In this document: in pieces, positions 55,361 through 64,000 of the stretch | How positions within the stretch are numbered: position 1 is the first letter of the stretch | Layout of the letters: every line of letters starts with the position of its first letter | Origin: the human T2T-CHM13v2.0 reference genome, Homo sapiens | Length of the DNA: 64,000 nt | Strand: one strand, 5' to 3' | Assembly: GCF_009914755.1 (NCBI RefSeq) | Contig: NC_060927.1 | Program-made: the position numbers and the translations under genes | The notes under the pieces: generated by a model | What the model saw: the letters and a program-made list of their open reading frames with translations, nothing else | Told to the model about the DNA's origin: nothing | Database searches by the model: none

Positions 55361-56558
55361 AGAATGCTGGGGCTCTGACTAAAACCTAGGTTTCCTCATT
55401 CAGAGGTTGAGTTTCTTTTAGTCACGCTCCTGAGTTATGAGAGAGGGTATGAGTCACTTGGGAATTTCAGTTAGAAGGCACAGGCACCAATCATGCCCTC
55501 CCCTTCCCCTGTTCCCTTTCCATCAAAGCATATCTTTGTGTGAGAAATAATGTTTTTGAAAAATCTTCCTAGTCATTCTGATATACCTCCTGTTGAGAAC
55601 TAAAACACAATACTACCATTCTTTCTCTTAATCACATGTTATTCTATGTAAAAGAAGTGCTATGAGAAAATGCAATCATGTATGCTTATAAATTCTGAGA
55701 ACATTAAAGTTAAAAGAAGGAAAAATAAGAGACAAAACAATGCCAGAAAAATGCACTAAAATGCAATTAACAATAATTTTTTTGTATGTGCTTAGTGAGT
55801 GTTTATCATATTGATTTTCAATTTTCAGTATTTTGATCATTTTTTTGGAGACAGTAGTTTTATAATTAAAAAGAAAATACCCCCAAAGCCCAGTACTCTG
55901 CCTTAATGATTAAATGAATGGAAGATGGAAAGCAAAGGGAGAATCTGAGTTAACCAGTCATCAATGACATGGGAAGACAATTCACTAGGAGGTATTCAGC
56001 ACCTCTGAGCTAGTGGGGACTGTATCTCCAGTAAGGGTAGGTATGTAAGTTGCTTTCACTGATGCTTTTCTAAATGCTTCTGAACTCTGAAAGGCCCTTG
56101 AACTAAATGTCAGTTCCTGTGAATTAATGTTGGTCTTCAGTACCTACCAGCAGGTCAGCACACTGGCAGAGAAAAAATAAAAAACAAAACAACAAAACAA
56201 CAACAACAACAACAAAACAAACAAAATACTGCTTCTCAGGATTCCCAGCACAGTGAGAACAACTGGCCAATACATTTAGGAAAAAAATGCTACAAACCTT
56301 GTATTGTTCGCTACCCCAAATTCATAGATAGGCTCTTGGATGTGAGTGTCTGAAATGCTGTGTCCCATAGTTACGTTTCATCAGTCAGGAGTAGGGTAAA
56401 GGAATATTGATACTTTAAGGTAATTAGAATAACGTTTCTCTTTTGTTTCGGACAAACATAAGCTTTTTCTTTCTGTAGTCAGAACTGTCCTCTCAAATAA
56501 GAAGGAAAGAAAATATGAAGAGAGGTAGAGTAAGGAAGGAGGTAGAAAAGAGAGAGAA

Positions 56559-57009
<451 letters not shown>

Positions 57010-57605
57010 TCACATACCTCAGTGAAAATATTAATGAATTAGAGTTATGTGAAAAATAAGGTGCTTTAAGAAGATTGACTAGCTCTAGTAGTCATTGTCA
57101 ATTGACTTTCAATTGATGGTACATCATATACCAAATTCCAAATTAGAAGATAACACCAGAAGTTGCCACCTGGGTCATCTCAGCTATAACTGAGGAAGAA
57201 GATAGAAAACTCACAGCATCCTAGGGGATGTCTGTAAACGTATAAATGGTGTCTTACACATTTCAGTTATCCTAACAGAAGGGCCACTCTTCCAGAGAAG
57301 GTGGACTGAAATTCACAAGGATGGCTCCTAGACACCAAGAGAAAGTTTAAAGATATCCCATATAATCTCCTTTTTAGGTTTGGGAAGTGTGCAACTTTCA
57401 AAGATGTTATTTTTCATATCAAACTTAACTGTTACAAATATTTGGGGAACCATAAATATTAGGATTAAAAACATTCAAAAGCTCTTCTTTCAAAGACAAA
57501 TCCTATTCACATTTTGGACTGTATCCTATTTTTTGTTATATCTAACAGAAATTAATCTTGTTAAAGCAACATTCCATAAAAAAAAACTTACCTGTTTTGT
57601 CCCAC

Positions 57606-57655
57606 TGTTCTTGTTTTCACGGATGCAACATGTTCTTGTTCTTGTTTTCACGGAT
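57606..57655. repeat. 19-bp direct repeat TGTTCTTGTTTTCACGGAT
   Basis: Copies at 57606-57624 and 57637-57655. Confidence 0.9.
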
Positions 57656-58035
57656 CCCATTTTGGTCCAGCAAGAAAGTAACTTTCTAAACTAACAGGAA
57701 AGGCTACTTTAACATGGACTTTAAAAACAGCAAATGAATTTATTGCAAATAACTGAACACAGACCCGGGGATGATTCCATGTATGAACAGATCCCATATT
57801 ATTATGAAGATTACATTGGTACAACACACCTTATAAACTTTGAAGAATACGTAAAAGAGTCTGCTATAAACTTTTAGTTCTCACTACCTAAAAACAGATA
57901 GAAATAACTCATGACCTGTCTCTAAGAAAGTAATCACTGTTACAACTCATCCTGAATTCCTTCAAATTTTACTGAACCTCCTTGATATGCTTCCCATCAT
58001 TTGTTTATCATGCTGGTTTATGCTGTGATGTTAAC

Positions 58036-58221
58036 TTTTTTCCTCTTTCTTTCTTTCTTTCCTTCCTTCCTTCCTTCTTTCTTTCTTTTCTTTCTTTCTT
58101 TCTTTCTTTCTTGTTTTTCTTTTCCCCTTCCCTCCTTCCCTCCTTCCTTCCCTCCTTCCCTCCTTCCTTCCTTCCTTCCTTCCTTCCTTCCTTCCTTCCT
58201 TCCATCCTCCCTTCCTTCCTT
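58036..58221. repeat. (TTTC)n/(TTCC)n compound microsatellite (Alu tail-derived)
   Basis: ~185-bp almost pure pyrimidine tract abutting the Alu 3' end. Confidence 0.95.
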
Positions 58222-58501
58222 AATGGAGTCTCACTCTGTCGCTCTGGCTGGAGTGCAGTGGTGCGATCTCGGCTCACTGCAACCTCTGCCTCACGGGTTC
58301 AAGTGATTCTCTTGCCTTAGTCTCCCAAGTAGCTAAGATTACAGGCACGTACCACCACACCTGGCTAATTTTTGTATTTTCAGCAGAGACAGGGTTTTAC
58401 CCTGTTGGCCAGGCTGATCTCAAACTCCTGACCTTAAGTTATCTGCCCACCTCTGCCTTCCAAAGTGCTGGGATTAGAGATGTGAGCCACCATGCCCAGC
58501 C
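58222..58501 (-). mobile_element. AluS
   Basis: Full dimer in reverse complement. Confidence 0.94.
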
Positions 58502-59194
58502 AATGTTTATTAGAAATAATATTTTAAGGTTTTATTCTTAGTCATTGAACACTGTATAATTGAAGTTTACTCAAATAAGTCTCTATTCAATTAATTAAAG
58601 TGCACTCCCTTGACTACATTTTCTAGGATGCTGTACTGCCTAAGAATGCCTGCTTATCCACTTAATTCTATAGCCGTCTTCTAACCTCAGGGCTCCCTGC
58701 CTGTTGCCATTTTATTTTCTTCTCAATTAGTATTTTGTGTGTGTGTGCAGCAGGGGCAAAAGGGAACATTTTAGATATTTTATGTCAGGAGAAATAATTT
58801 CCTCTTTAGGATTTGAGGTATTTGAAAAATGAGTCATGTTTTTTGTTTAATCTAGTGTCCCACCCCACTCCACTCCCTCTCTGTCTGCAGCAGCTCTGTA
58901 AAGTGATATTGCCTGATTTTGAATATAACATAATTTCTTAAAGATTGCTTTTAATTTTTAACATAATAGTAATTATGGCCATATAACATATTTTTATTCT
59001 TCCTCTTTCCACTTATTTTTTGTACCCTAAACACTTTTATACTTTCCATAAACTTAAAATCATTATTTTTAATTGTTTTTGAACCAAAGGTATATTATAT
59101 TCATTTTTATTATGTCATAAAATTAATATAAGTCTAGTAAGGCTAATTTCAAATAGAAGTAAAAAACAAAGTTTCACCACTCATCTTCTTTATG

Positions 59195-59492
59195 ATATAT
59201 GAACAATATATATGTATGTGTTTATATATATACATACACATATAAATATAAAATACAAAGCAATATGTTTATATATATACACATATGTATATATTATATA
59301 TACACATATATTTATTATATATTTTATTATATATTATTATATATACACACATATAAACACATGTATATAAATATTATATACACATTTATATTATATACAC
59401 ATTACATTATATTATACATTATAATATATATTATATACACATTATATATTTATATATATAAATATATATAAAAACATATTGCTTTGTATTTT
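59195..59492. repeat. AT-rich (TA)n-like tract with a 21-bp perfect inverted repeat
   Basis: AAAATACAAAGCAATATGTTT at 59250-59270 and its reverse complement at 59472-59492. Confidence 0.93.
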
Positions 59493-59689
59493 GGCATTTG
59501 CTTTCTGAAGTGGGAATTCTAGATGCAAGTGCGTGGACAACAAGGTTTTCTAGGTCTTAGATTCTATATAGATGCAATCATACTTCAGCAATGTTTGTCC
59601 AGCTAGCTGTCCCATATTACCTATGTGATGATTATATGGGTAATATTATTTTTGTCTATTATTTAAAGCTTTTTAAAAGATAAGTTTTT

Positions 59690-60158
59690 CTTACAACAAA
59701 ATTAATAACAGTGTTTTGTGAGGTTTAAGCCATATGAAGAAGTAAAATGTATGACATTAGTCCTAAAGCAAGGAGATGGAAGAATACTCTCATTAGTTTG
59801 TTATATTGGATCTGAAATGGTATTATATCCCTTGGAGATAGGCTGTTACATACAAGTAAAAGATGTAAATTATGTATCTGAAAGCAAGCACTAAAATAAC
59901 ACAAAAGTTATAACTAATAACCCAATAAAGGAGAGAGAATAGAATTATTGAATATGATCAGTTAATTCAAAGGGCAGAAAAAGAGAAAAGAGAATAAAGA
60001 GCAGATGAGAGATATAAAAACAAATTACAGGCTGATAGATTTAAACATAAGGAAATCAATAATCACATTAAATGCAAATGATCTAAACACACTTATTTAA
60101 AAGGGAGACTCACACTGGATATAAAGAGAAGGTCCAGCTATATTCTTCTTAGAAGAAA
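59690..60158 (+). mobile_element. Ancient L1M inter-ORF/ORF2-start fragment
   Basis: 'ataatcacattaaatgcaaatgatctaaac' encodes IITLNANDLN, similar to the L1 EN start ITLNVNGLN. Confidence 0.7.
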
Positions 60159-60589
60159 GCTTTGGAAAACAGAAGAAAAACCACTCACTTATGATGCCAG
60201 TGCCCCATCATTGCTTTTATAGTTTGTATTTATTTCCTTCTAGACTTTGTTTCATAGGTATGGTTTACTTTGTTGCTATTGTGGTATGTATACAGCTTTC
60301 TTTTCTGCTTTCTCACTTAACAGTACGTTGCTATATGGTAATTAGCTAAAGCTCATGTTTCACAATAGTCCATTCTTTCTGTAGCACTTCGGAATTTAGA
60401 AGTAAACTTCCAATATTAGACAAAATTTTTTCAAAGCTGGCCGACATAATCAGCAATAGTATACAAAACAAGAGAGGATCCTGTTCTTAAAAAATTAAAA
60501 ACACCATTTCTTACAATGCTTATCCTTGAGTGAAAGTCTTATCCCAACAAAGGCTGATGACTCAATGGTCCAGTGGAGTCATAGATTCT

Positions 60590-60636
60590 ATGGTTGTTTG
60601 AATCTGTGTATGTGAAACCCATGGATATGAAGGGCC

Positions 60637-60667
<31 letters not shown>
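60590..60667. mobile_element. MER2/Tigger-type terminal fragment followed by (TG)n
   Basis: 'ttgaatctgtgtatgtgaaacccatggatatgaagggccaactg' followed by a TG repeat at 60640-60667. Confidence 0.7.
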
Positions 60668-60670
<3 letters not shown>

Positions 60671-63334
60671 CCATGTGTGTGTATATGCATTTTTTAATCT
60701 TTGAAATTTATGTTCATATTTGGTGCTTTAATGTCACATAGAGTATATTATTACATACTATTCAAAGTTGTGAAATTTTAAATAAGTAGCTGCATTTGCA
60801 TGAATGAGTGTAAAATTAAAAGATAATTTGTAAGCATATTTTCAAAAGGTAGATGTGTGAAAATGTGTTAATGCCTGGCAATAGTACAAAGAGGGTAATA
60901 TAGTTAGAAATAATATAAAAGTTATTGACATTTGGGATCCTAGTGAAAATGTTATGGTTTTGGAAGTTAATTTGTTGTTAAGTGAGCTACAATTAATATA
61001 ATTAGAAAACATGAGAATATTATCAGGTCAGTGCTAAACACAGTACCTATTAAATTGTGAATAAACTTGCTTTTTAAAATAGTAAAAACTGGTCTTTCAT
61101 ACTATGTCATGAAATACTGTTGATATTCTTTTCATTCATTGGGATTTAATTATATTTTTATTTTAGTATGAAAATAAAATTTGTGATAAGATTCTATAAG
61201 TTCAACTACATATCCTTAAAAATATATTTTTCACAGTTGACATGGAAATATTGTAATTTCCAAGGAAAAAATTTTAGAAGTAGGATTACTAAGTAAAAGT
61301 CTAGGAACAATTTGTATGGCTCTTGATGCATTTGCCAACTTTACTTTTTAAAGTGGTTAAACCAATTTACCCTTGTGAGCATGCAATCATCTGTGAGTAG
61401 GTAAGTTCCACTTAAACTTTGTCAACATTTGGTAGTGGCATCAGTTTTAGTTTTTGCTTAGCTATCAGATTTCTTCTTATTTTAATTTGAGTACATTAAT
61501 AAGGAGTTGAGTATTTGAAGGTACCCCACCTATAAACAGTTTTAATTGTTAGAAAATCGTATTTATAACTTGCTGAGATATGTTTGTGTTAACACACTCC
61601 CTTTTATCCTAGATCAGGATTGTTATAGAACACTATTTTCTCTTTTGAATAAACATCTATAAATGTATCATCTCCAGTATTAAAATAAAAAACAAATTCA
61701 AGGTTTTAGCAGAAAGTAATTTTCTAGAAAGAAATTGCACAGGCTGGAGGTGGAGGCTAGGTGCTGACATTCTTTCTCTTCACCATCATTTCTGTCACAG
61801 TGTTTTCATTCTGTCATGAGAACTACCATTACCTTGTCAATCCACCAACCTTCCAATATGCCTCTAAAACTTGGTGAGCATGGACTGAAAGTCCTTTCCC
61901 TTAGATTGTCTTAGCACCACTAAGGACAGAAAGAAAATAATTTGGGAGGCAGCTTAGCATTTATGCTATTTTTTTTTTTTACATGAACATGTCATAAAAT
62001 TCAAATGTACAAAAAAGTACACACTATAAATTGGAAAACATGTTTTCATCCCACTTTTCCTTCTCAAAGATAGGCAGTGTTACCTTTTAATGCACTTACA
62101 AGCAAATTCTGCTCCCTCCTCCCCAGCTCGATATAAATGATTGTATTTTTTGTCTGACTGCTTGGAAAAGATCAAAAGTTTTGGCCTCAGCAGAGACTTA
62201 GTAAATGGCCCAGCCAGACTCAAAAGTATCTATGTGACTTTCAGTAAAAGCAGCTCACATCGCTGAAGTTTAATTTTTTTATTTGTAAAAATGAAGGAAA
62301 TTGTTACCTCAGAGGGTTGCTTACCTCAAAAAAGTACAAATAAACCAATTCCTGTAACATAGAGGTTGTTTAATAAATTATAGTTAACGCATTTGTTATG
62401 ATTACATATATTATTGCTGTTTTAATTAATTTCATTGTTAAGAGACAGCAAAACCCAGAAATGATTAGAGATCATTCTAAAAGCATGACCAAAGAAAAGT
62501 ATCCTTGGTAAGAGATTCCGGTTCTAAATGTCAGAACAATGAGCAAATAGCATTAGTTGGCTTTTAATCCCCATAGATGTAAGGAACTGCTTTCTTGTTC
62601 TTATCTAGATTTCTTTCCTCCCGCAATATAATTGTTCACAGCATCCTCTCCTAAAACAAATAGAAAAAAACACTTTGATTCAAAATCTCTAACCTCTTAG
62701 CTTTCTTTCTCTGCTTGTATTAGAGAAACTTGCTAATTGACTTTCCACATCTTTCTGTAATAAGATATATCAACTCCACTCATCACTGGGTATTATTTAT
62801 GAAGACTCGCTATTGTTTCCCCAAGAAGAGAAGTGATTATAAAATGATCACACCTTATCCATGCAAGACCCAAGAGAAAAAAGCTCCAACTCATGTCTGG
62901 TGATTAGCAGAGTGCTTCGTATACATAGGTACTCATTAAGTAATTATTGAGGAAATGAATTGCTGGCACACAAAGCAATTGGAAACTCTCACTACAGCAA
63001 CTTGACTATGGCTGGCACATGTCCTAATTCTTCTTACAAAAAAATCCACGGTCCTTTCACTATTCTTAGGAAATGATCATCTCTCATATTCTTAGTCTTC
63101 TCCTCTACATGGTTGTCACTCGGACTCATTATACAAAGAAACAAAGATAAAGAGCATTGCACACAAACAAAACAAAAAAATCAGCAAAGCAAAACTCCAG
63201 AGGTTCTGCATACTGACCTCACAGAATGCACCAGTTTTATTTCTTGATTTGAACATTATATTTGTACTATATGATACTATATTAGCTATTTTCAGGTGTG
63301 GAAATCTCCTTTTCTGTTAATATTGATGTATTTA

Positions 63335-64000
63335 ATTTTTTTTAAAGTTTTACTTTTTTTGACAAATTATAATTGTATGTACTATGGAGTACAATGCTAA
63401 TTTTGATATATGTATGCATTGCAGAATGATCAAATAAGGGAAATTAGCATATCTATTACTTCAAAAATTTACTATTTCTTTGTGGTAAGAACATTTAAAA
63501 TCCTCTCGTTTAGCTGTTTTGAAATATACAATACATTATTATTAACCATAGTCACCCTGCTGTGCAACAGAACACCAGAACTTATTCTTCTTATCAAACT
63601 GTAATTTTGTACCCGTTGACCAAAGTCTCCCTTTTCCCCATCCACTTTCCCTTCAGGACCTACCCCAGCCTCTTGTAACCGCCATTTTACTCTCTACTTC
63701 TAAGAGTTTGGCTTTTTAAATTTCGACATATAAGTGGCATTATACAGTATTTGTCTTTCCATGTGTGGCTTATTTCACTTAAAGTTATGTCCTCTAGGTT
63801 CATCAGTGTTGTTGCAAATGTTAGAGTCTGCTGTATTTAAAAGCGGAATAGTATTCTACTGTGTCTATACAACATTTTAAAAATCAATTCATCCATTGAT
63901 AGACATTTCAGATTTTTCTTTATCTTGGTTATAGTGAATAATGCTGCAATGAACATGGGAGTGTAGACATCTCTTTGGCATACTTATTTCAATCTTTTTG
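63335..64000 (-). mobile_element. L1MA (approx. L1MA5-7) 3'UTR, running off the window
   Basis: T-rich tail then 'aattgtatgtactatggagtacaatg..gaacatttaaaatcctc..aaccatagtcaccctgctgtgcaa'. Confidence 0.88.

Noticed and set aside
57982-59471. Low-complexity ORFs (FLPS, GRKE, YI repeats)
   Set aside because: Translations of microsatellites.

Overview
AT-rich primate (very likely human) gene-poor DNA made mostly of interspersed repeats: L1s of several ages, Alus, THE1/MLT MaLR and ERV LTRs, L2, MIR, small DNA transposon remnants and microsatellites. No intact protein-coding gene, RNA gene or CRISPR array is supported, and almost every listed ORF is a repeat fragment. The one cellular-gene-derived feature is a full-length processed pseudogene of NFYB (NF-Y subunit beta; minus strand, 43260-45121). 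It inserted about 110 bp downstream of the 5' end of an old L1PB-type element, in the same orientation. A THE1A LTR later split its CDS into two still-open frames, and an AluY inserted in its 3' UTR. This nested structure is the most interesting part of the window. I found no evidence for a new biological system; the functional ideas below are hypotheses. Repeat subfamily names come from remembered consensus sequences and need RepeatMasker/Dfam confirmation.
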